Below are positions 49,711 through 61,520 of a stretch of DNA of 64,000 nt, piece by piece (position 1 is the stretch's first letter; each line of letters opens with the position of its first letter). The notes under the pieces are model-generated. The model saw only the letters and a list, made by a program, of their open reading frames with translations, was not told the DNA's origin and did no database searches. A program made the position numbers and the translations under genes. The stretch is from NCBI GenBank assembly GCA_030390025.1, contig CM059432.1, forward strand, positions 77,068,001 to 77,132,000. Reading direction: 5' to 3'. Source of the DNA: Squalus acanthias. Taxonomy: Eukaryota.

Positions 49711-50399
49711 ACAGAGATACCTTGTGATGGCTCTTTCTATACGTGAAGAGTATCATTTATTGAACAAGACCTATAAAGCGCAGAAAAAGTGAGTCCCTAA
49801 GAGATATAGCAAAAACAGCAATGAATAACGTAAGGACTCAACCGAAAGGAACAGACCTCCCATGCAACAATCATTTTATATTGGTGCTTAACCTATTAGG
49901 TGCTATTCAGGCAAGGGCACTGTGTTATGAAGGTCTCCCTTCAATAGCATCAAAAATGCAGCAATAATTTCTATGGCGTTCTCCCAATCATCTGTCCAAA
50001 CTTCACCAGATCATCACTGGAAACCCCAAATAAACGATGTAAATGGCCAGTTATGCTGTTTTCCGGGATTTACATTAATCTTCTGCCAAACCTATGGTGG
50101 AAGATTGGGGAACCCCCATGGAAATTCCACTCAGTGATCTTTATCACGTCTTATACAAGGTGCATGCGCAGGATCCGAGCACGCAAAATGCTTCTGAGCT
50201 GCATTTGCACTTGCATTGTGCATCAGGGGTGGAGCTGGCCTTAGGCTTCCGCACCTAATAATGCAGGGCTCCAGCATGCCTCAGATCGCATTATTGGCTC
50301 TCTTGTGTGAAATTCACTAGTGGTAAATCTTCCCTCCCGCAAGCACAACTTGAGCGATTCGCTAGCTGAATGCGTCTAACTCTAACAGACCTGGACCCA

Positions 50400-50620
50400 G
50401 GTCATTGACATACAGTGGACATGGGCCAGGGATATATAGCACCTGGGATTGGGTGTGGAGGAACTTTGTATGCTGCTGCAGGCCCTAAAGATGGCTGTAG
50501 GGTTGCTAAGACTGTGGGAAAAGAGTATGGTAGGAGATGGCAGACAGCATCAATACCAGCAGCCCTGTCCAGAAGATGTGGCTGCGGTGCTGGAAAAATT
50601 TCACCAGGAGGGGCAAGGTA
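50400..50620 (+). pseudogene. Decayed Harbinger Myb/SANT-like fragment
   Basis: W.EMADSINTSSPVQKMWLRCWKNFTRRGK followed by GTAG donor. Resembles the W.EVA..VN......W.QC.K.F...TR..K pattern. Confidence 0.45.
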
Positions 50621-51012
50621 GGATCCCACAATATTAGCTCATATTTAAGCATTTTACCAACTATTACAATCATGATCTCTTCCTTTTTACTCATCAATTC
50701 CTTCACTTTCTCCTCACCTTCCCATGGATGCCCATTATGCTGTACTATGCATTTTACAGCAGCTCCTTTGCCTAGCACCACTTCCTTCACAACAAGGCTG
50801 CCGAGCGCAATCCACCGCCAACTCCTTCCAAGACCAGCATGTTACAACTTTCCATTTTCACAATGCCTATGGAGAGTACCTTCATAAATGGGGGCTAGGG
50901 AAATTCCATACTGCTTATGTTAAATGATCAATACACGCTTCTATTATTGTGAGAAGAGACGGCGCATAACAGAGGCAGAGTTCCGCAACTAGAAGGAAAG
51001 CAGCAACCCCAC

Positions 51013-51800
51013 ATTCTGAGTCAGGAGGTTGTGGGTTCAAGCCCCACTCCAGAGACTTTAATCCATAATCTAGGCTGACACTTCTGTGCAGTACTGAGAG
51101 AGTGCTACACTGTAATTGAAACTTATAAAATTCTAACAGGACTAGACAGACTAGATGCAGGAAGGATGTTCCCGATGGTCGGGGAGTCCAGAACCAGGGG
51201 TCACAGTCTAAGGATAAGGGGTAAGCCATTTAGGACAGAGATGAGGAGGAATTTCTTCACCCAGAGAGTGGTGAACCTGTGGAATTCTCTACCACAGAAG
51301 GCAGTGGAGGCCAATTCATTAAATATATTCAAGAAGGAGTTAGATATATTTCTTAAGGCTAAAGGGATCAAGTGATATGGGGAAAAGGCTGGGACAGGGT
51401 ACTAAATTTGGATGATCAGCCATGATCTCATTGAATGGCGGAGCAGGCTCGAGGGGCCGAATGGCCTACTCCTGCTCCTATCTTTTATGTTTTTATGTCA
51501 GAGGCACCGTCTTTCACTTAAGATGTTAAACCGAGGCTCCGTCTGCTCTCACAGGTGGATGTAAAGATCTTATTCAAAGATAAGAGAGTTCTCCTGGTGT
51601 CTAGGCCAACATTTATCCCTCAACCAACACCTAAAACATTTATTTCACTGCTGTTTGTGGGAGCTTGCTGTGCGCAAATTGACTATCGTGTTTTCTACAT
51701 TACAACAGTGACTACACTTCAAAAGTACTTCATTGACTGTAAAGTGCTTTGGAACATCCTGAGGTCATGAAAGGCGCTATATAAATGCAAGTTCTTTATA
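51013..51800 (+). mobile_element. Deu-domain SINE interrupted by a CR1 3' fragment
   Basis: B box GGGTTCAAGCCCCACTCCAGAGAC, Deu-like core, and GCGCTATATAAATGCAAGTTCTTT tail. Broken after CTACACTGT and resumes at CAGAGGCACC. Confidence 0.85.
51114..51498 (+). mobile_element. CR1 3' fragment, same subfamily as 37972-42242
   Basis: MFPMVGESRTRGHSLRIRGKPFRTEMRRNFFTQRVVNLWNS is nearly identical to the C-terminus of ORF 38045-39946. Tail TTTTATGTTTTTATGT. Confidence 0.92.
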
Positions 51801-51848
51801 TTTTTTTTCATCTCTTTATTTTCTTTTATTGTCAGTTTTCTCCCAGCC

Positions 51849-52958
51849 CAGTCCTACTCGGGTCCCCTCCCTCACCTCTTTTTCCGGTACATTGATGACT
51901 GTATCGGTGCCGTCTCCTGCTCTCGCCCTGAACTAGAACATTTCATTCACTATGCTTCCAATTTCCACCCTTCCCTCACCTTCACATGGTCCATCTCCGA
52001 CTCTTCCCTTCCCTTCCTCGACTTCTCCATCTCCATCTCTGGGGATAGGTTATTGACTAACATTCACTACAAGCCCACCGACTCCCACAGCTACCTGGAC
52101 TACACTTCCTCCCACCCTGCCTCCTGTAAGGACTCTATTCCATTCTCCCAGTTTCTCCGTCTCCGCCGCATCTGCTCTGATGATGCCACCTTCCATACCA
52201 GTGCTTCCGACATGTCTTCCTTTTTCCTCAACCGAGGATTCCCCTCTACCGTGGTCGACACGGCCCTCGACCGTGTCCGTTCTATCTCCCGCACATCTGC
52301 CCTCACCCCTGCCCCTCCCTCCCGGAACCACGATAGGGTTCCCCTTGTCCTCACCTTTCACCCCACCAGCCTCCACATTCAACGGATCATCCTCCGCCAT
52401 TTCCGCCACCTCCAGCGTGATCCCACCACCAAACACATCTTCCCCTCACCTCCCCTTTCAGCATTCCGTAGGGACCGCTCCCTCCGCGACACCCTAGTCC
52501 ACTCCTCTACCACCCCCAGCACCCCTTCCCCTTCGCCCGGCACCTTCCTGTGCACGCGCAGGAGATGCAACACATGCCCTTATACCTCCCCTCTTCCCAC
52601 TGTCCAGGGCCCCAAACACCCCTTCCAGGTGAAACAGCGATTTACTTGTACTTCCTGCAATTTAGTATACTGTATTCGCTGCTCACGATGTGGACTCCTC
52701 TACATTGGGGAGACCAAACGCAGATTGGGTGACCGCTTTGCGGAACACCTCCGTTCAGTCCGTAAGGGGGACCCCGAGCTCCCGGTGGCCTGTCACTTTA
52801 ATTCACCGCTTCACTCCCACTCTGACCTCACCGTCCTCGGCCTATTACACTGTTCCACGGAAGCTCAGCGTAAGCTCGAGGAACAGCACCTCATCTTTCG
52901 TTTAGGCACGCTACAGCCCTCTGGACTCAATATCGAGTTCAACAATTTTAGATCATAA
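51849..52958 (+). CDS. Penelope RT-GIY-YIG polyprotein, C-terminal 369 codons with no stops (5'-truncated, no start)
   Basis: The frame extends upstream of ORF 52053 through FFRYIDDC and LPFLD. It continues YKPTDSHSYL, C..RRCNTC, NLVYCIRCSRCGLLYIGETKRRLGDRFAEH, EEQHLI and GLNIEF. Confidence 0.9.
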   Translation, partial: QSYSGPLPHLFFRYIDDCIGAVSCSRPELEHFIHYASNFHPSLTFTWSISDSSLPFLDFSISISGDRLLTNIHYKPTDSHSYLDYTSSHPASCKDSIPFSQFLRLRRICSDDATFHTSASDMSSFFLNRGFPSTVVDTALDRVRSISRTSALTPAPPSRNHDRVPLVLTFHPTSLHIQRIILRHFRHLQRDPTTKHIFPSPPLSAFRRDRSLRDTLVHSSTTPSTPSPSPGTFLCTRRRCNTCPYTSPLPTVQGPKHPFQVKQRFTCTSCNLVYCIRCSRCGLLYIGETKRRLGDRFAEHLRSVRKGDPELPVACHFNSPLHSHSDLTVLGLLHCSTEAQRKLEEQHLIFRLGTLQPSGLNIEFNNFRS

Positions 52959-53237
52959 CCTCAGCTCCAATCACATTTATATTTTATTTTATCCACCCTT
53001 TTATTTGTCCCCCCCCACCTTTTTTTTTTCCTCCTAGAAGCTGGCAGCTGTCCTTCATTCTGCCAGTGGATTTCACACTTCATTCAGCCTTAATCTGTCA
53101 CATTAACACCACCTCTAGCCTTGCATATCTCTTAATGTCTCTTAATGTCTCTTCATCTCCCCCTTTGTTCCTTTATCCCCTCCCCCTTTTCCCAGCTTTA
53201 CCCTGGCCTTAAATCTATTTGATTTCCGGCTCTTCCC

Positions 53238-53274
53238 AGTTCTGATGAAAGGTCATCGACCTGAAACGTTAACT
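53238..53274 (+). ncRNA. Minimal type I hammerhead ribozyme motif
   Basis: AGTT-CTGATGA-A-AGGTC-atc-GACCT-GAAACGTT-AACT. Stem I AGTT/AACT, core CUGAUGA, stem II AGGTC/GACCT, GAAA, and palindromic AACGTT in place of stem III. Confidence 0.82.
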
Positions 53275-53367
53275 CTCTTTCTCTCTCCACGGATGCTGCC
53301 TGGCCTGCTGAGTTTTTCCAGCGTTTTCTGTTGTTATTTCATTCTCCCAGTCCTTCCTCCTTTTGCA

Positions 53368-53755
53368 GGAGAGCTGAGCTAAGCGAGATCGGAGGTGGAT
53401 AAAAGGAGGGTGTGGGAACAGGAGAGCTGAGCTAAGCGAGATCGGAGGTGGATAAAAGGAGGGTGTGGGAACGGGAGAGCTGAGCTAAGTGAGATCGGAG
53501 GTGGATAAAAGGAGGGTGTGGGAACGGGAGAGCTGAGCTAAGCGAGATCGGAGGTGGATAAAAGGAGGGTGTGGGAATGGGAGAGCTGAGCTAAGTGAGA
53601 TCGGAGGTGGATAAAAGGAGGGTGTGGGAACGGGAGAGCTGAGCTAAGCGAGATCGGAGGTGGATAAAAGGAGGGTGTGGGAATGGGAGAGCTGAGCTAA
53701 GCGAGATCGGAGGTGGATAAAAGGAGGGTGTGGGAATGGGAGAGCTGAGCTAAGC
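53368..53755 (+). repeat. 53-bp tandem repeat, 7 full copies plus a partial, at a CR1 5' end
   Basis: GGAGAGCTGAGCTAAGYGAGATCGGAGGTGGATAAAAGGAGGGTGTGGGAAYR at 53368, 53421, 53474, 53527, 53580, 53633, 53686 and partial at 53739. Confidence 0.95.
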
Positions 53756-56065
53756 ACAGGCAGAAACTCGAAAGTGACGTCACAGGACAGCAGGTAGGTG
53801 ATTGGTTGGTGAGTATTACCTTTGTCTTTTTTCTCTCTAAATAAGGACAGTGGGTTAAACTAAGAAGTTTAGTTGTAGTCTAATAAATAGAGGCATGTTA
53901 GGGCACCTCGGTCCTGTCAAATGCACATCCTGTGCCATGCGGGAAGTCCAGGATGCTTTTCGTGTCCTGGACAGCCACATGTACAGAAAGTGTCGAAAGC
54001 TGGAGGAGCTCGAGCTCCGGGTTTCAGAGCTTGTGCAGCGGCTGGCGTCACTGCAGTGGATCTGCGAGGCTGAGAGTTTCGTGGATAGCAGGTTTCAGGA
54101 GGTGGTCACCCCGTAGTTTAAGAGTATGCAGGCAGAGAGGGAATGGGTTGTTGTTTCGTATGACGGGAAAAGCTTATAATGGAATGTCTAGTTTGGCTAT
54201 CCATTCGATGGCCTCCTGAGATGCCGAGTGTAGAAATGAGGTGCCTCCCGCAACAGATCTTAGTGGGCAGGTTGATGTGACGTGTTCCATGGTCTGGGGC
54301 TCATGGCCACAGTCACACTTCGAGTTGTGGAGCAGGTGGCTGCATCTTCCCTGGCCTGTGTGGATTTGGTGAGCGCTGTCTACTGTCTTCGAGGAAGGAC
54401 GAAGCCAGGGACCTCTGCTGTTGGGTCAGTGATGAGGTGTTGCATGCATCCCACAATTCCGTCCATCTGGATAGTGGGTCGATATCAGCTGCATGAATAT
54501 TGGAGGGAATGGGTGACCATCAGACAGACAAGGAGGACCAGGCAGGTAGTGCAGGATTCCCCTGAGTGAATCTCCCTCTCTAACCAGTATTCTGTTCTGA
54601 ATACTGGTGAGGGCGATGGTTCCTCTGGGAGTACAGCCAGAGCCAAGTCCATGGCACCATGTGTGGCTCAGCTGTACAGTTGGGGGGTGGGGGGGGGGGG
54701 GGGGGGTGAGGAGGAAGGTTAGGAGAGCAATAGTGATAGGGGATTCAATAGTTAGGGGAACAGAAAGGCGTTTCTACGGCCACAGACGAGACTCCAGGAT
54801 GGTATGTTGTCCCCTGGTGCCAGGGTCAAGGATGTCACTGAGCAACTTCACGACATTCCGAGGGGGGAGGGTGAACAGTCAGATGTCGTGTTCCATATCA
54901 GTACCAATGACATAGGTAGAAAGAGGGATGAGGTCCTGTAGGCAGATTTTAGGAAGCTAGGAGAGAGATTAATAAACAGGACCTCAAAGGTAGTAATCTC
55001 CGGATTACTCCCAGTGCCATGTGCTAGTGAGTACAGAAATTGGAGGATAGAGCAGATGAATGCGTGGCTGGAGAGACAGTACCGGGGGGAGGGCTTTAGA
55101 TTCCTGAGGCATTGGGACCAGTTCTGGGGGAGGTGGGACCTGTACAAGCCGGATGGGTTGCACCTCAACAGGGCAATATCCTCACGGTGGGGGGTGGGGT
55201 TGCTAGTGCTGTTGAGGAGGGTTTAAACTAGTTTGGTAGGGGGATGGGAACCTGAGCGTAGATTCAGAAGGAAGAGAAGCAAAGCTGGAAATGGAAGGCA
55301 GAAAATTAGTAAGTGAGTTTGGAAGGCAGAGGAAAGAAAGGCTAGAAAATAAACAAAGGGGTTTCAATGCAAGGAGTCTAGTGAATAAGGTAAATGAGTT
55401 GAGGGCACAGATAGACACGTGGAAGTATGATATCATAGCTATTACTGAAACGTGGCTTAAAATAGGGCAGGAATGGCAGCTCAACATTCCTGGTTACAGT
55501 TTTTCAGATGAGATAGAGGGGGATAAAAAAGGAGGCGGGTCACAATATTAGTTAAAGAAACAACTATAGCTATGAGGAGGGATGATATGTTAGAAGGATC
55601 ATCAAATGAGGCCATATGAGTTGAACTGATGAACAAAAAAATCACAGTGGTGGGAGTGTACTATATACTCCCAATCAGTTAGAGGGAGACAGAAGAGCAA
55701 ATATGTATTCGGGTAGGATAAGGAAAAAAAGGGAAGCTTTTGCCAGATACCGAGAGTTCAATACTGCAGAAAGTAGTATAGTGGTGAAATTAAAAAGAAA
55801 TTAGGAAAGCAAAGAGAGGGCATGAAAAAATATTGGCAGGTAAAATCAAGAATAACCCAAAGATGTTTTATAAATACATAAAGAGCAAGAGGATAACTAA
55901 GGAAAGAGTAGGGCCTATCAGAGACCAAAAAGGTAACCTGTGTGTGGAGACGAAGACGTGGGTATGGTTCTTAATGAATACTTGCGTCTGTCTTCATGAA
56001 AGTGAGGGATGATGCAGACATTGTGGAGTGTGAAATATTAGATGGGATAAACATAGAGAGAGAGG
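53756..56065 (+). mobile_element. CR1 5' region: 5' UTR, degenerate ORF1 (zinc finger, leucine zipper, SGNH esterase) and deleted ORF2
   Basis: MLGHLGPVKCTSC...CRKLEELELRVSEL, IVIGDSIVRG, RIEQMNAWL..DGLHLN, then FNARSLVNKVNEL...IAITETWL. Confidence 0.88.
54149..54502 (-). mobile_element. 5'-truncated Ingi/Vingi-like LINE inserted in CR1 ORF1
   Basis: 12-bp TSD GAGGGAATGGGT (54137-54148 and 54503-54514). Minus translation ITDPTAEVPGFVLPRRQ*, frameshift, QIHTGQGRCSHLLHNSKCDCGHEPQTMEHVTSTCPLR...AIEWIAKLDIPL*. Tail CATACGAAACAACA. Confidence 0.75.
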
Positions 56066-56314
56066 ACCTCCTTCAGCATGTTGCACAACCCTGTCATTGC
56101 CTCTTAGTGAATTGTAGTCTCCACAGGCATTGTTCCTCTGTGAGGGCCAGATAATTCCTATGAGTCAGACATTCAGGTGGCATGGTAGGGTCATGTATGT
56201 GCCCTCCTCATATGATGATATTTCATTGCCCTGGCATCTAATCATGCTTATTCATCCGCCTCCTCCTCTTCTCCAAGTAACACAAGTACAAAGGAATTCC
56301 AAATGGGACACTCA

Positions 56315-57181
56315 GGGGGAAAAATTCAGTTGGTTGCGCCTCCCGTTAGCGCCTTAAGAGGGCGCTAATGGGGCGCAAAGCAGCTAGCGCCCGGGCGCGG
56401 CGAAGTTTGCGCCGCTCGCGAAATTAACTAGACATTTTGCGGCGGCGCTAAACACTACCGCCACGATCTCCTGCGCCGGCAGATCGTGACGTCAGTCGAG
56501 TGTGCAACGCCCCGGTAACGCCCCGGAGCGGAAATTGAGTGGCGCCCCCTGCCTTACCGCCTGACGCTAGCAACGACAGGTTGAGGGGAGCGTTCTGCAG
56601 TCATGAAGGGAAAGGGGGAGCGCTATTTAAAGGTGACCGCTTCCTGCCTTTTATTGTTGGTGCCATTTTTGAACTACGCATTCTGAGAGAGAGAGAGAGA
56701 GACTTCTGGAGAGATTCAACGTTTTGTGAAGGAGTTTTGGGTACTGAGCAGCACTTTGCAGGTTAATTTTGATCTGCCATTCCTTGTATCGATTTAGAAG
56801 AGTCTGTTGGGGCTGCACTCTGAACTCTTTGCCTGGTACTCTCCATTGTTCTTTCCAGCAGATTTGATGTGCAGGTCTCTCCAGGCCGAGATTCAAGGCT
56901 GCAATGAGCAGGATGTGGATGGAAAGCAAGATTAACCATCCCCTTTAAGAACTGGCCCAGGCCATTGTGTGTGTGTTCCATTGCTGACTGACATCACATG
57001 AGCTTCGCCAGCGCTCTGAGGTAGCGCCTCGCTCCTCGGCCTTTACGCCTTAAGACAGGTGTGAAGCGCCTGATTTAGCGCTCCAATCACCTCCCGGGGC
57101 GTTAAAAGTGAAGTTTCCAGCTAATTTTTGCGCCCGGACGATATTTGCGCCCCAAACGGGGCGCGACTGAATTTTTCCCCC
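56315..57181. mobile_element. CpG-rich PIF/Harbinger MITE
   Basis: Perfect 16-bp TIRs GGGGGAAAAATTCAGT / ACTGAATTTTTCCCCC with 3-bp TSD TCA. Confidence 0.9.
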
Positions 57182-59073
57182 TCATTGTCCTAAAGGGGAT
57201 GGTGGGAGCACAAAACTCCCCAGATTTGCAGCTCCTGCCTACCGTGTAGCCTTAATGCAATGGCAAACTTATTGCAAAATTTAAAAATGTTCTCACCTCA
57301 GCGGCAAACTATTAATTTCTCACTGTCTATTGAACTTGGTGCCTGTCTTTTTACACTATTGAGCATTTGAAACAGCATCGCTGACCAGAACACCAGTTTA
57401 TATGGGTGCTGTCAACACCTGACCTGCGATCAATGGAGGTAATCAATGCTGAGGCCTCAGAGAAATAACTTGCAGGTGACATTAATCTAATTTGAATAGA
57501 AAGCCTATTCTAAGGTACAGCAGAGGGGGGGTGAAATTAGTACCACAAAACAGGCTCAGAGCGGAAGTGAAGCCAATTTTACACCTCGCCCAATGGAAAA
57601 TAAAAATCAGGCACAGTGTAAAACAGGCTGCCCATTCACTATAAGACTGTTTCACACTATTGGCATACACCGATTTCACCCCTCATGACTCAACCCTGCT
57701 TGGTCCACTACACACACCGCACACACGCACAAACTGTAATGCAAAGGCCCCACAGTGTTATTATAATACGAAGACTTTAGGGTAGATTTTCCAGTCCAAG
57801 GAAAATTCAGTTGAGAAATGCTAGGTCATACACACCAATCTAGAAAACTCACAAAAGTTGATGAACAACTTCAAAAAAACTGGCACAGCACAGTCCCCAA
57901 AAATCTTACTACTCAAAGAAACAACTAATAATTAGAAACAGCACTGAATATAGTCCTATTGTCAAGGGCAGTGCTTTAAGGTAACTGAATAAGTTAAATT
58001 CCTTTTTTATTACATGAGATTTCAGGATATTTACCAATGGTTTGGGGAATGCATTCTGCAATTTGGTTTGTTTTCTTGTTGCCTTACCAATGGCATTTGT
58101 GAATGTCACCTATTTACAATAAGAGAACAGCAGGATATGAGCTTGTGACTTAAGCTGCTTTATCCAATCTTCCAACAGTTGTACCATAGGGAAAAGCAGA
58201 AGTACACAAATTTTGAATTTTTGCAGCGGTGAATTTACAAATTTCTCACGGGGGAGGTGAGTACTGATTGTGTAAAATTTATTTCCTGGGGGATGTGGAG
58301 CAAGCTTCTGTCCCAAGAAATTCAATATTTTGTTGCTGCAATTTCCAGCATTTTGGAGTCTACTATAAAAATGATAGTGAATAGTAGCATTAGATCCCTA
58401 GGTGAGCCCAGCAACAGCATAATATCAACAGCACAGAGGAGCACATTTCAGAAATGCCGAGAAGAGGCACTCGAAGCTGTTCCTTACAACACTGTCCAAT
58501 ATATCATTGAGGAAAACATTAAATTGGATAGATGACAGTGTACAACTCCACTTTTGAGAGTCCAATTCATGTTAGTGACCAATTACTGATGCTGTTAACT
58601 GGTTCGAATAGGGGCACAAAGAATGACTCCTGCAAAAATTAACTGGTACGGAATTCTCTACCTTTGTTGAAACGTTCAAATGCTCCCAGCATCTAGATAT
58701 TCACCCACTGAATAAAAACTACAGCAATCCCACTAATTTGCCAATGCAAATTTTCATGTTGCACCACTTAAATTGATACCACCCTAACCTCAGGACCATC
58801 CACTCTCCTGTAGATGGGTGACATCCCCATGTTCTTTCTATTGACCTGGGGCTGATACTGAACTATTAATGCTTGCAAGGACAACTCTGTGCTTGGCACC
58901 AGTGCAATATGGGCACAGGAAAAGTTACTCGCCCACCAGGTTGGAAGGTGCTCACTCGAAAGTTTTTGCATCAAACCATCTTCCAGTTTATTTAGTTATC
59001 TGACTACTACCAAATAAATAGCTACCAGAAAGAAAGGGTGTAGACGACCTATTGTAGGCTTGCCAAACGAAGT

Positions 59074-61520
59074 GGAAGAAGCACTGAGGGTAGCAAGGGC
59101 ACAGGATGTACTCTGGGTGGGGACTTCAATGTCCATCACCAAGAGTGGCTCAGTAGCACCACTACTGACCAAGCTGGCTGAGTCCTGAAGGACATAGCTG
59201 CCAGACTGGGCCTGTGGCAGGTGGTGAGAAAACCAACACGAGGGAAAAACTTACTTGACCTCATCCTCACCAAACTACCTATCGCAATGCATCTGTCCAT
59301 GACAGAATTGGTAGCAGTGACTACCGCACAGTCCTTGTGGAAACTAAGTCCTGTCTTCACACTGAGGACACCCTCCATCGTGTTGTGTGGCACTACCACC
59401 GTGCTAAATGGGATAGATTCAGAATAGATCTAGCAGCTCAAAACTGGGCATCCATGAGGTGCTGTGGGCCATCAACAGCAGCAGAATTGTATTCCACCAC
59501 AATCTGTTAGCTCATGGCCCAGCATATCCCTCACTCTACCATTACCATCAAGCCAGCGGACCAACCCTCAATGAGGAGTGTAGGAGAGCATGTCAGGAAC
59601 ACCTAAAAATGAGGTGCCAACCTGGGGAAGCTGCAACACAGGACTACATGCATGCTAAACAGCATGCTATAGACAGAGCTAAGCGATCCCACAACCAATG
59701 GATCAGATCAAAGCTCTGCAGTTCTGCCACATCCATTTGTGAATGGTGGTGGACAATTAAACAACTAACGGGAGGAGGAGGCTCCATGCACATCCCCATT
59801 CTCAATGATTGGCGGAGCCCAGCACGTCAGTGCAAAAGACAAGGCTGAAGCTTTTGCAACCATCTTCAGCCAGAAGTGCCGAGTGGATGATCCATCTTGG
59901 CCTCCTCCTGAGGTCCCCACCATCACAGAGGCCAGTCTTCAGCCAATTCGATTCATTCCACATGAAAACAAAAATGGCTGTGCGCACTGGATACAGCAAA
60001 GGCTATGGGCCCCACCAACATCCTGGCTGTTGTGCTGAAGACTTGTGCTCCAGAACTAGCCTTGCCTCTAGCCAAGCGGTTCCAGTACAGCTATAACATT
60101 GGCATCTACCCGACAATGTGGAAAACTAACCAGGTATGTCCTGTCCACAAAAAGCAGGACAAATCTAATCCAGTCCATTACCGCCCCATCAGTCTACTCT
60201 TAATCATCAGCAAAGTGATGGAAGGTGTCATCGACAGTGCTATCAAGCGGCACTTACTCACCAATAACCTGCTCACCGATGCACAGTTTGGGTTCCGCCA
60301 GGACCACTTGGCTTCAGACCTCATTACAGCCTTGGTCCAAACATGGACAAAAGAGCTGAATTCCAGAGGTGAGGTGAGAGTGACTGTCCTTGACATCAAG
60401 GCAGCATTTGACCGAGTGTGGCATCAAGGAGCCCTAGTAAAATTGAAGTCAATGGGAATCGGGGGAAAACTCTCCACTGGTTGGAGTCATACCCAGTACA
60501 AAGGAAGATGGTTGTGGTTGTTGGAGGCCAATCATCTCAGCCCCAGGACATTGCTGCAGGAGTTCCTCAGGGCAGTGTCCTAACCCAACCATCTTCAGTT
60601 GCTTCATTAATGACCTTCCCTCCATCATAAGGTCAGAAATGGGGATGTTCACTGATGACTGCACAGTGTTCAGTTCCATTCACAACTCCTCAGATAATGA
60701 AGCAGTCCATGCCCGCATGTAACAAGACCTGGATGACATTCAAGCTTGGGCTGATAAGCGGCAAGTAACATTCGCACCACACAAGTGCCAGGCAATGACT
60801 ATGTCCAACAAGAGAGAGTCTAACCACTGCCCCTTGTCATTCAACGGCATTACCATCACCGAATCCCCCAGCATCACCATCCTGGGGGGTCACCATTGAC
60901 CAGAAACCAGAAACTGGACCAGCCACATAAATACTGTGGCTACAAGAGCAGGTCAGAGGCTGGATATTCTGCGGTGAGTGTCTCATCTCCAGACTCCCCA
61001 AAGCCTTTCCACCATCTACAAGGCACAAGTCAGGAGTGTGATGGAATACTCTCCACTTGCCTGGATGAGTGCAGCTCCAACAACACGCAAGAAGCTCAAC
61101 ACCATGCAGTACAAAGCAGCCCACTTGATTGGCACCCCAGCCACCACTTTAAATATTCACTCCCTCCACCACCGGCGCACCATGGCTGCAGTGTCTACCA
61201 TCTACAAGATGCACTGCAACAATTCGCCAAGGCTTCTTTGACAGCACCTCCGAAACCTGTGACCTCTACTACCTAGACGGACGAGGGCAGCAGGCGCATG
61301 GTAACACCATCACCTCCAAGTTCCCCTCCAAGTCACACACCATCCTGACTTGGAAATATATTGTTGTTCCTTCATCGTCGCTGGATCAAAATCCTGGAAC
61401 TCCCTCCCTAACAGCACTATGGGAGTACCTTCACAACAAGGACTGCAGTGGTTCAATAAGGCAGCTCACCACCACATTCTCAAGGGCAATTAGGGATTGG
61501 CAGCGACGTCCACATCCCAA
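59074..61520 (+). mobile_element. Degenerate LINE of a second CR1/L2-group family (APE plus RT)
   Basis: GDFNVHH, PTRGKNLLDLIL, YRPISLL, QFGFR, LDIKAAFDRVWH, GVPQGSVL and YKAQVRSVMEY, with many frameshifts. Confidence 0.88.

Larger units (their letters stand above)
51847..53341 (+). mobile_element. 5'-truncated Penelope-like element (RT C-terminus, GIY-YIG and 3' UTR)
   Basis: 9-bp TSD TTCTCCCAG (51838-51846 and 53342-53350), open RT/EN frame, and hammerhead-bearing tail. Confidence 0.92.

Noticed and set aside
51013..51060. tRNA gene
   Set aside because: B-box head of a SINE, with no complete cloverleaf.
53368..53755. CRISPR-like regular array
   Set aside because: Units are head-to-tail with no unique spacers, there are no cas genes, and the context is eukaryotic.
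57909..58109. Hydrophobic minus-strand ORF as CYP7B1 exon 1
   Set aside because: A stop codon follows the hydrophobic stretch and there is no suitable ATG.
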